Positions 34,528 through 41,441 of a DNA stretch of 41,441 nt are shown here, one piece after another (within the stretch, counting starts at the first letter, position 1; each line of letters begins with the position of its first letter). The notes below the pieces were generated by a model that made no database searches, was not told where the DNA came from, and was given only the letters and a program-made list of their open reading frames with translations. The DNA lies in the NCBI GenBank assembly GCA_946496115.1, contig CAMMFK010000002.1, positions 1 through 41,441 on the forward strand. Reading direction: 5' to 3'. This DNA is from an uncultured Clostridium sp. (GTDB taxonomy: Bacteria > Bacillota > Clostridia > TANB77 > CAG-508). A program made the translations under genes and the position numbers.

Positions 34528-34609
34528 TAGTTTGGGTGATTGTGAATCTCTTTTGGTGTTTTAATTATACCTACCCAAATATTAAATTTGATGAAAGTAA
34601 GGAAATTTT

Positions 34610-34978
34610 ATGAATATTAAAGTTGGCACTGATATAATTGAAGTTACTAGAATACAAGAAAGCATTGAAAAACTAGGAGAAAAATTTTTAAACCGTGTTT
34701 TTACTGCTAATGAAATAACTTATTGTGAAAGCAAAAAAGCTACTAAATATGAACACTATGCGGCAAGATTTGCGGGAAAAGAAGCGGTATTTAAAGCAAT
34801 ATCGCCAATGCTAAAAAACAAATTTAGTATAGATTGGACAGATGTAGAAATACTTAATGACGAGCAGAGTAGACCATATGTTACATTTTATAAAGAAGAG
34901 CTTAAAAACGTAAATATTGACTTAAGCTTATCTCATATAAAGGCTTATGCTGTCGCAACTGCTATATTAATATTATAA
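34610..34978 (+). CDS. acpS: Holo-[acyl-carrier-protein] synthase
   Basis: VGTDIIEVTRI N-terminal motif, FAGKEAVFKA, and LSLSHIKAYAVA; 122 aa. Confidence 0.9.
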   Translation: MNIKVGTDIIEVTRIQESIEKLGEKFLNRVFTANEITYCESKKATKYEHYAARFAGKEAVFKAISPMLKNKFSIDWTDVEILNDEQSRPYVTFYKEELKNVNIDLSLSHIKAYAVATAILIL

Positions 34979-34989
34979 GAGAGGTTTTA

Positions 34990-35790
34990 ATGGAATTTTT
35001 TGATTCACATGCACACTATGATGATGCTAGATTTGATGATGAAAGAGATAAATTAATTGAAGATGTTTATAAATCAGGTGTAACTAGAATAATTAGTGCA
35101 GGTTATAGCCTAGAAGGAAGTATAAGAAGTTTAGAACTTTCAAATAAATATGATTTTATATATTCAACTGTGGGCATATCTCCAAATGACTTGGTTAGTT
35201 ATCCACAAATTGATGATGAAAAGTGGAAACAAAATATAGAAGAAATAGATAAATTAATTACTACTAATTTGAGCTCAAAACGAATTGTGGCGGTCGGAGA
35301 AATTGGATTTGATTATCATTATGATACAGACAAAAAAACTCAATATGAGGCATTCTCGAAGCAAATAGACATAGCTAACAAATATGACTTACCTATAGTA
35401 ATTCACACAAGAGATGCAGTAATGGATACTTTAACAATGTTAAAAGAAAATCCAGTAAATAAAAAAGGAGTATTCCATTGTTGTCCATTAAATAGAGAAT
35501 TGGTAAAAGAAGCATTAAAGCTAGGTTTTTACATATCTATGGCAGGACCAGTAACTTTTAAAAATTCAAAAAATGCGAATGAAATAATAGAAATGTGTCC
35601 AATGAATAAAATTTTAATAGAAACAGATAGTCCGTATTTAGCACCAGAGCCAGTTAGAGGTACTAGAAATGACTCAAGAAATTTAAAATATATTGCACAA
35701 AAAATAGCCAGTGTAAAAGGTATGGCTGTTGAAGAAGTAGCAAAAGCTACATATGAAAATACAATGAAGTGCTTTAATATAGATAATTAA
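34990..35790 (+). CDS. tatD: TatD-family metal-dependent DNase/hydrolase
   Basis: FDSHAHY start motif, GEIGFDYHY, VIHTRDA, and ETDSPYLAP. Confidence 0.9.
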   Translation: MEFFDSHAHYDDARFDDERDKLIEDVYKSGVTRIISAGYSLEGSIRSLELSNKYDFIYSTVGISPNDLVSYPQIDDEKWKQNIEEIDKLITTNLSSKRIVAVGEIGFDYHYDTDKKTQYEAFSKQIDIANKYDLPIVIHTRDAVMDTLTMLKENPVNKKGVFHCCPLNRELVKEALKLGFYISMAGPVTFKNSKNANEIIEMCPMNKILIETDSPYLAPEPVRGTRNDSRNLKYIAQKIASVKGMAVEEVAKATYENTMKCFNIDN

Positions 35791-35814
35791 AAGAGCTTGA
35801 CTTTGCAAGCTCTT
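35791..35814. terminator. Bidirectional terminator between tatD and lemA
   Basis: A 9-bp stem aagagcttg / caagctctt, loop actttg, with A-rich and T-rich flanks. Confidence 0.7.
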
Positions 35815-35816
35815 TA

Positions 35817-36365
35817 TTAAAATTCAACTTTTACAGCTTTTTTAGCCTCGTCATTATCTACATTAAATAATGTAGAAGCTTTGAAACCAAACATGCTAGC
35901 TACTAAGTTAGATGGAAATGTTTCTAATTTAGTGTTATACATTGTAACTGTATCATTGTAAAATTGGCGAGAATAAGAAATTTTGTTTTCTGTATCTGAT
36001 AGTTCTGCTTGTAAATTATTAAAAGATTGATCTGCTTTTAAGTTAGGGTAATTTTCAGCTACAGCCATAATAGTTTTTAAAGTATCTGTAAGTTGACCTT
36101 CTAACTCAGCTTTTTGCTCAACTGTTTTAGCATCTGCCCATGCAGAACGTAAGTCTGTTACTTTTGTAAGAGTTTCTTGTTCATGAGTCATATATCCTTT
36201 TACAGTTTCTACTAAGTTAGGTATTAAATCAAACCTTCTTTGTAATTGAACATCAATTTGACTCCAAGCATTTTGAACTCGTTGCCTTAATGTTACTAAT
36301 TGGTTGTATATAACAACTAATACAATTGCAATAACGACAACGATGGCTAATATTATCCAACCCAT
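35817..36365 (-). CDS. lemA: LemA family protein
   Basis: N-terminal TM, then YNQLVTLRQRVQNAWSQIDVQLQRRFDLIPNLVETVKGY, the LemA signature. Confidence 0.9.
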   Translation of the reverse strand: MGWIILAIVVVIAIVLVVIYNQLVTLRQRVQNAWSQIDVQLQRRFDLIPNLVETVKGYMTHEQETLTKVTDLRSAWADAKTVEQKAELEGQLTDTLKTIMAVAENYPNLKADQSFNNLQAELSDTENKISYSRQFYNDTVTMYNTKLETFPSNLVASMFGFKASTLFNVDNDEAKKAVKVEF

Positions 36366-36510
36366 AATATCCTCCTTTAAAATAAATTAATATTGTACAT
36401 AAACTGTATTTTATGCACTATATTCAATAATATAATAATAATATACCACAGTATGCAAGATTTTACAATGGAAACGTTCATTTTTGTGAAAAAATTTTAA
36501 TTTAATTTAG

Positions 36511-36549
36511 TGTCAAAAGGGACACTCCTGCTTGACACAACCACAAATC
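36511..36549 (+). repeat. Direct repeat R1 flanking the Rpn-family gene
   Basis: tgtcaaaagggacactcctgcttgacacaaccacaaatc shares tgtcaaaaggga and tcctgYttgacRcaa with R2. Internally, gtcaa...ttgac is inverted. Confidence 0.55.
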
Positions 36550-36631
36550 AAAAACATAGTTATTTAATTTGATTTGACATATTTTGTAGAAAAATGTCTA
36601 ACGATTTATGTGCTAAAATATTAAAATCATA

Positions 36632-36660
36632 TTGACGCAAAATGGCAAATATTGTAAAAT
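36632..36660 (+). promoter_or_regulatory. Sigma-A type promoter with no ORF downstream
   Basis: TTGACG (36632-36637), 17-nt spacer, TAAAAT (36655-36660). Confidence 0.4.
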
Positions 36661-36717
36661 ACAAAAAGATTAGACTTTAGTCAAATTTCTAAAAATGGGG
36701 GCAACTAAAGAAGGGAG

Positions 36718-36765
36718 GTAAATTAATCACTAAAGACAAATGATTAATTTACTAATCTAATTTTT
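36718..36765 (+). terminator. Terminator-like 12-bp perfect hairpin
   Basis: gtaaattaatca / tgattaatttac with an 11-nt loop. The T5 run begins 8 nt after the stem, so this is not a textbook terminator. Confidence 0.35.
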
Positions 36766-36804
36766 AAAAAATTGTGCCAATGTAGGGTTTGAAATAAAAA
36801 AGTA

Positions 36805-36833
36805 TTGAAAAAACATCAACAATTTGGTACAAT
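36805..36833 (+). promoter_or_regulatory. Extended -10 sigma-A promoter of the Rpn-family gene
   Basis: TTGAAA (36805-36810), 17-nt spacer, TGgTACAAT (36825-36833). Confidence 0.55.
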
Positions 36834-36848
36834 GGAAAGGAAGAACAA

Positions 36849-37454
36849 ATGCTAGATAAAAAAGATGCCCCGTTATTAGATGACTACGTGTTTAAACGTA
36901 CATTTACAAGAGATGATCCAAATGGAATATTAAGAGACTTTTTAGAGTCAGTATTAAAAATCAAATTAAGGAATGTACAAGTATTAAATGCAGAAATACC
37001 AAAAGACATATTAGATGAAAGAGGTAGTGTCTTAGACATTAGAGCGGAGCTAGACAATACAAAAATAGTGGACATAGAAATGCATTTTATAGAATTGCCA
37101 AAGTTTATAAAAAAGAATCCTGAAATAAAGACAAAGCTAGATGAATGGCTGTGGCTTATAGCAGGAAGGGAGGATAAGATAGAGATGTCAAAGTTAGATA
37201 ATCCAGAAGTAAAGAAAGCGATGAAGTTGGTAGATGAAATAATGGCAGATCCAAAAGAAAGAGAAATAATTGAAGCAAGAGCAATGGCAAAATTTAACTA
37301 TGACACAGGAGTAGCGTATGCAAAAGAACAGGGAAAGAAAGAAAGTAAAAAAGAAGTAGCAAAAAGAATGAAAGAACTAAAAATGGCCGATGAACAAATT
37401 TGTCAAATATTGAATATAACAACAGATGAACTAAAGGAATTAATAGAAAAATAG
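36849..37454 (+). CDS. Rpn-family recombination-promoting nuclease / putative transposase (PD-(D/E)XK), internally deleted and probably inactive
   Basis: The N-terminal YVFKRTF...ILRDFLESVL...VLDIRAEL...IVDIEM runs directly into HFIELPKF at about nt 37080-37085. The segment of about 90 aa normally between IE(I/M)Q and HFIE(L/I)PKF is missing. The C-terminal Lys/Glu-rich tail is retained. Confidence 0.7.
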   Translation: MLDKKDAPLLDDYVFKRTFTRDDPNGILRDFLESVLKIKLRNVQVLNAEIPKDILDERGSVLDIRAELDNTKIVDIEMHFIELPKFIKKNPEIKTKLDEWLWLIAGREDKIEMSKLDNPEVKKAMKLVDEIMADPKEREIIEARAMAKFNYDTGVAYAKEQGKKESKKEVAKRMKELKMADEQICQILNITTDELKELIEK

Positions 37455-37469
37455 ATAAGATGGGGGAAA

Positions 37470-37497
37470 TGTAGAGAAATAATTCTCTGCATTTTTA
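37470..37497 (+). terminator. Rho-independent terminator after the Rpn-family gene
   Basis: tgtagagaa / ttctctgca stem (one G-U pair), loop ataa, then T5. Confidence 0.7.
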
Positions 37498-37560
37498 TGT
37501 CAAAAGGGATGCCCACTATCTAAAAAGTTACTCTCCTGTTTGACGCAAACTTCACATCAT
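37498..37560 (+). repeat. Direct repeat R2 flanking the Rpn-family gene
   Basis: tgtcaaaagggatgcccactatctaaaaagttactctcctgtttgacgcaaacttcacatcat has the same ends as R1, with an insertion of about 24 nt. Confidence 0.55.
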
Positions 37561-37707
37561 CTCAAAAGACACCTTTGTTTTTTTAGATCAAATAATATTG
37601 GACGAAACACTGTAAATAGCATAAATTATAATATAAGTAAACATTACTTTATGTAACCAATTAGCAAAACCTTACAACCAAGCAAAGTTTACGGAAGCAC
37701 GTTAAAT

Positions 37708-37736
37708 TTGACATTTTAGATAAAAAATGTTATAAT
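37708..37736 (+). promoter_or_regulatory. Consensus extended -10 sigma-A promoter of the G5-domain gene
   Basis: TTGACA (37708-37713), 17-nt spacer, TGtTATAAT (37728-37736). Confidence 0.65.
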
Positions 37737-37764
37737 TATAACTGTGTTACTTAAAGGAGGTTTT

Positions 37765-38709
37765 ATGAGGAAACGAATAAGTAAACAAAACAAGCAGGAG
37801 AGAGCAACTATATCACTCAAAAAAATATTTGTAATGGCTTTAATATTTTTAATATTAGCTGGCACAATGAGTGTTATGGCTACAAATCAAAAGCTTACAT
37901 CTGTTAAAATATTACTTTCAAGTGGATATGAAATGGATGTTATGACAACATCTACTAAAGTATCAGATATTTTAGCAGAAAATCATATTGTTGTTTTAGA
38001 TGGCGAAAGTGTTACACCAGACATTGATGAAGAACTTTCTGACAATAAAACAATTACAATAACAAAAGGCGCTACAGAAGCTGATACTGATGACAACTAC
38101 ATGTCAGCAGAAGAAATATTAGCTAGTTATACACAAATTGTTGAAAAGGTAGTTACTGAAGAAGTAGAAATACCTTTTGAAACAGTTACTAAAGACGTAT
38201 CAAATGGAAGCTCAACTACACAAAATAGAGTAGTACAAAAGGGTGAAAATGGTTTAAAGAGAGTAACATATAGAATAAGATACCAAAATGGTGCCGAAAT
38301 TGAAAAAACAGAAATATCATCAGAAATTGTTAAAGAACCGGTAGATAAAATAGTAGAAGTTAGAACAAAACAAGTTACATCAAGAGGTGGAGTTGTTTCT
38401 GGTTCTGTTGCAGAATATCAAGCATATGCAGAAAAAAGATGTTTCGATTATGGTTGGAGTGATGCAGACTTCCAAGCTTTAGTTAAATTATGGAATAAAG
38501 AAAGTAGATGGAATCCATATGCATGCAACTCAAGTTCAGGAGCTTATGGTATACCACAAGCATTACCTGCATCAAAAATGGCTACTTATGGAACAGACTA
38601 CCGTACAAACTATAAAACACAGATTGAATGGGGACTAAGCTATATTAAATCAAGATATGGTACTCCATCATCTGCTTGGAATCATTCATGTAGAAAAGGA
38701 TGGTATTAA
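37765..38709 (+). CDS. Secreted/anchored cell-wall hydrolase-like protein: DUF348 + G5 + C-terminal transglycosylase-like (Apf C-terminal-like) domain
   Basis: ATG at 37765 with aaaggagg upstream. The track GTG at 37744 would lie at or before the predicted transcription start. It has an N-terminal TM and a G5 region (VEIPFETVTKDV...RVVQKGENGLKRVTYRIRYQNGAEIEKTEI). The C-terminus is WNKESRWNPYACNSSSGAYGIPQALP...QIEWGLSYIKSRYGTPSSAW. Confidence 0.8.
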   Translation: MRKRISKQNKQERATISLKKIFVMALIFLILAGTMSVMATNQKLTSVKILLSSGYEMDVMTTSTKVSDILAENHIVVLDGESVTPDIDEELSDNKTITITKGATEADTDDNYMSAEEILASYTQIVEKVVTEEVEIPFETVTKDVSNGSSTTQNRVVQKGENGLKRVTYRIRYQNGAEIEKTEISSEIVKEPVDKIVEVRTKQVTSRGGVVSGSVAEYQAYAEKRCFDYGWSDADFQALVKLWNKESRWNPYACNSSSGAYGIPQALPASKMATYGTDYRTNYKTQIEWGLSYIKSRYGTPSSAWNHSCRKGWY

Positions 38710-38720
38710 AATGAACTTAA

Positions 38721-38765
38721 AAATCCAATAGTATAAGCAATAGCTTTGCTATTGGATTTTTTCAT
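38721..38765 (+). terminator. Rho-independent terminator after the G5-domain gene
   Basis: aaatccaatag / ctattggattt stem followed by a T-run. An alternative inner stem caatagc / gctattg is possible. Confidence 0.75.
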
Positions 38766-38923
38766 TATAAGTTCTACTTAACAGAAAATAACATGAATCT
38801 TTTTTTATTAAGATTATTATAGGAAAATTCAATATTATGTAGAATAATATATATGGAAACAATTAAATAGGTTTATGGGTAGCCTTTTAAAAACCTAAAT
38901 ACATTATTCAAGGAAAAATAAAA

Positions 38924-39691
38924 ATGAAGCTAATTTCATGGAATGTAAATGGACTAAGAGCAGTAATAAATAAAGGATTTAAAAATTTTTATAATGATAT
39001 AAATCCAGATATTATGTGTTTGCAAGAAACAAAAATGCAACAAGACCAAATAAGTATGGATATAAACGAGATGTTTAAGGATAGATATGTTTATTGGAAT
39101 AGTGCAGAAAAGAAAGGATATTCAGGGACTGTCGTAGTTTCAAAAATTAAACCTATAAATGTTACATATGGTTTAGGTAAAGAAGAACACGACAAAGAAG
39201 GTAGAATTATTACTTTAGAATTTGAAAAGTTTTATTTAGTAAATTGTTATACTCCAAATTCGAAAAGAGAGCTAGAAAGATTAGATTACAGAATGATTTG
39301 GGAGGATGAAGTACGTAGTTATTTAAAAGAATTAGACAAAATGAAGCCGGTTGTATATTGTGGAGATTTAAATGTAGCTCACAATGAAATAGATTTAAAA
39401 AATCCATCATCAAATCATCATAATGCAGGATTTACAAATGAAGAACGTGCAAAAATGACAGAGCTATTGAATGCAGGATTTATTGACACATTTAGATACA
39501 AATATCCAGAAAAAACTGGTGCATATTCTTGGTGGTCATATATGTTTCACGCTAGAGAAAATAATGCAGGGTGGCGTATAGACTATTTTATAGTTTCTGA
39601 TTCAATAAAAGATAAAATAGAAGATGCAAAGATTTTATCAGAGGTAATGGGAAGCGATCATTGTCCGGTCGAACTAGATTTGAAAGTGTAA
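38924..39691 (+). CDS. xth: Exodeoxyribonuclease III (AP endonuclease, Xth/ExoA family)
   Basis: [31 protein letters not shown], and SDHCPV motifs. Confidence 0.95.
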   Translation: MKLISWNVNGLRAVINKGFKNFYNDINPDIMCLQETKMQQDQISMDINEMFKDRYVYWNSAEKKGYSGTVVVSKIKPINVTYGLGKEEHDKEGRIITLEFEKFYLVNCYTPNSKRELERLDYRMIWEDEVRSYLKELDKMKPVVYCGDLNVAHNEIDLKNPSSNHHNAGFTNEERAKMTELLNAGFIDTFRYKYPEKTGAYSWWSYMFHARENNAGWRIDYFIVSDSIKDKIEDAKILSEVMGSDHCPVELDLKV

Positions 39692-39806
39692 TATAAATAA
39701 AAAAGCTATAGATAAAATCGCTTAAAAATGAACTTAATGTTAAAAAGAATAAAGAGGTCGTTAGCGAATTGCGTTAATAAATTTATAAAGAGGAAAGGGT
39801 CTTACT

Positions 39807-40961
39807 ATGAAAAAAGAAAAAGTAATGGGAACGAAAAGATGGTTTTACTGGGTTTCAATAGGAGTAGTTTTAATAATAATTTATAAATTATTAGACAATT
39901 TTACAGGTATAGGCGAATGGATAGGCAATTTCTTTAGTGTACTTGCACCATTTATAGAAGGTATACTTATTGCATATATTTTATATACACCTTGTAAAAA
40001 AGTAGAAAAAATTTTAGAAAAAAGAAAAAATAAATTTATAAGAAAGCATGCTAGGGGAACAAGTATTACTATAGTATATATTTTAGTATTTGCTTTAATT
40101 GTATGGTTCATGACAGCAATTATACCAACAATTGCAAGTAGTGTATCAGATTTAATTAGCAATGTGCAAAGCTACTATAATGCAGTAGTTTCAGATAGCC
40201 CGGACTTAAGTATAACACCATTTATACAAAATAATATTTTAAAACCGGTTGTAGATTGGATACAAAATATAGACTTTGAATCATTGTTTACAATGGATAA
40301 AATTAGAGAATATTTATCATCAGCTATGGGCTTAATCAGAGGAGTTGTTAATATATTTATAGCTATAATCTGCTCAGTATATATTTTAGCACAAAGAACT
40401 AGAATTGTTAGATTTTTAAATAAATTTGCAAGAGCTGTGCTTACTGAAAAAGGATATAGAAGATTTGAAAAATACTTTGATCAAGGAAACAATATTTTCT
40501 TTAGATATTTATCAAGCCAAATGTTAGATGGAATAGTTGTGGCACTTATTACTAGCATAGCAATGAGTTTAATGGGAGTAAAATATTCAATTTTACTTGG
40601 AACATTAATAGGATTCTCAAACCTAATACCATACTTTGGAGCAATATTTGGTGTAGCAATTGCAATTATTATAACAATACTTACTGGTGGATGGCAACAA
40701 GCGTTAATTATGGGTATTGTTGTAATTGTGCTACAACAATTAGATGCAAACTTAATAAATCCAAGAATAACAAGCTCATCATTAAAGGTAAGTCCATTAC
40801 TTATAATGTTTGCTGTAACAGTTGGTGGAGCATATTTTGGAGTTTTAGGTATGTTTTTGGCAGCTCCAGTGTTTACTTTAATTAAAGTAATAGTAGACGA
40901 TTTTGTAAATGAAAGAAATAGGGAAAAGGATAGGAAAAATAACGTGGATGTAATTGAATAA
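39807..40961 (+). CDS. AI-2E family (PerM/UPF0118) transporter
   Basis: Polytopic membrane protein with the NLIPYFGAIFG and LQQLDANLINPRI motifs typical of the family. Confidence 0.85.
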   Translation: MKKEKVMGTKRWFYWVSIGVVLIIIYKLLDNFTGIGEWIGNFFSVLAPFIEGILIAYILYTPCKKVEKILEKRKNKFIRKHARGTSITIVYILVFALIVWFMTAIIPTIASSVSDLISNVQSYYNAVVSDSPDLSITPFIQNNILKPVVDWIQNIDFESLFTMDKIREYLSSAMGLIRGVVNIFIAIICSVYILAQRTRIVRFLNKFARAVLTEKGYRRFEKYFDQGNNIFFRYLSSQMLDGIVVALITSIAMSLMGVKYSILLGTLIGFSNLIPYFGAIFGVAIAIIITILTGGWQQALIMGIVVIVLQQLDANLINPRITSSSLKVSPLLIMFAVTVGGAYFGVLGMFLAAPVFTLIKVIVDDFVNERNREKDRKNNVDVIE

Positions 40962-40970
40962 AAGTTAAAA

Positions 40971-41030
40971 GAACTTTAAGAAGTATTTCCATTTTCTAAG
41001 AGGTGCTTTCTTAAAGTTCGTCTTTTTTTT
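40971..41030. terminator. Bidirectional terminator between the AI-2E transporter and XRE genes
   Basis: A 12-bp stem gaactttaagaa / ttcttaaagttc with a 25-nt loop, followed by gtctttttttt. Confidence 0.7.
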
Positions 41031-41259
41031 AATTATTTATTTTTCTAGGATATGGCTTGATTTCATCAGTTAAACCAAGAAGATAATCAGCTGATGTATT
41101 ATAAAACTTAGCTAATAAACATAGCTTATCAATTGGAATTTGTCTTTCGCCTTTTTCATATAATCCATATTGCTGTCTAGTAATACCTAAAGCTACAGCA
41201 ACTTGCTTTTGCAATAAATCGTTATCTTCTCTAAGATCTTTTAATCTTTTTAAATACAT
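41029..41259 (-). CDS. XRE-family helix-turn-helix transcriptional regulator (76 aa)
   Basis: LKDLREDNDLLQKQVAVALGITRQQYGLYEKGERQIPIDKLCLLAKFYNTSADYLLGLTD is a Cro/C1-type HTH. Confidence 0.85.
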   Translation of the reverse strand: MYLKRLKDLREDNDLLQKQVAVALGITRQQYGLYEKGERQIPIDKLCLLAKFYNTSADYLLGLTDEIKPYPRKINN

Positions 41260-41402
41260 TATAAATTTAATTCCTTTCCAAATTTAAACTTAAAATAAAA
41301 TTTTTAATTAAATAGAAGAAATAAATTTTTTCTATTCAATAAAAGTGCAAAATTTATGTTTAAAATAACCTTTATAAAAATTTATCAGTTAGTGTAAAAT
41401 TT

Positions 41403-41433
41403 ATGTAGGCAAAATATAAAAAATTGCCTACAT
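41403..41433. terminator. Perfect 10-bp hairpin at the window edge
   Basis: atgtaggcaa / ttgcctacat with an 11-nt A-rich loop and T/A-rich flanks. Its cognate gene, if any, lies outside the window. Confidence 0.35.
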
Positions 41434-41441
41434 AATTTTTA

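Noticed and set aside
34532-34580. The hairpin tttgggt ... acccaaa after the hypothetical gene at 33742-34527, as a terminator or another repeat-family member.
   Set aside because: It has only a 7-bp stem with a loop of about 35 nt, no T-run, and no similarity to the GC-rich element core. That is too weak to call.
37498-37707. A cyclic-di-AMP (ydaO-type) or other riboswitch upstream of the G5/transglycosylase-like gene, as is often found before such wall hydrolase genes.
   Set aside because: I could not find the conserved G/C-rich ydaO core segments. A consensus promoter at 37708-37736 leaves only a leader of about 20 nt before the RBS, which is too short for a riboswitch.
38708-38720. The 13-mer aaaatgaacttaa is repeated at 38708-38720 and 39725-39737, on either side of the exonuclease III gene.
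   Set aside because: It is short and A/T-rich, with no extended homology or symmetry beyond the 13 nt. A chance match is plausible in this composition, and no mobile-element features are present.

Overview
Hand analysis only; no searches or folding programs were run. This is a very AT-rich chromosomal segment from an endospore-forming low-GC Firmicute (Clostridia-like: spoIIE, mecA, mreBCD-pbp2-minC, acpS). Most of it is housekeeping. In order: YhaO/SbcD-like nuclease plus YhaN/SbcC-like ATPase, CDF transporter, prfA, ZIP transporter, pcrA, mecA-like adaptor, DUF4321, radC, mreB-mreC-mreD, frameshifted PBP2, minC, spoIIE, WG-repeat protein, acpS, tatD, lemA, G5-domain wall hydrolase, exonuclease III, AI-2E transporter and an XRE regulator. 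The accessory content is a two-gene operon of giant wall-anchor-type surface proteins (1620 and 1995 aa), an Asn-rich low-complexity protein, and an internally deleted Rpn-family nuclease/transposase gene. I saw no rRNA, tRNA or CRISPR array. Three structures are not explained by the ORF track. (1) A family of GC-rich, long-hairpin intergenic elements has three full copies of about 150 bp (9448-9592, 12571-12720, 29191-29339 inverted) and two or three reduced copies. All sit just downstream of plus-strand genes, two of them inside the mre operon, and each has copy-specific inverted flanks. (2) The zupT-pcrA spacer holds a type I toxin-antitoxin-like module: an unannotated 36-aa hydrophobic ORF with its own promoter and RBS, a convergent consensus promoter plus terminator for an antisense RNA of about 90 nt, and 5'/3' long-range complementarity. 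(3) The second giant adhesin has a possible thioester (TQXA-like) domain, and the adhesin promoter spacer contains an A9 tract. Several ORF-track starts were corrected from RBS positions.
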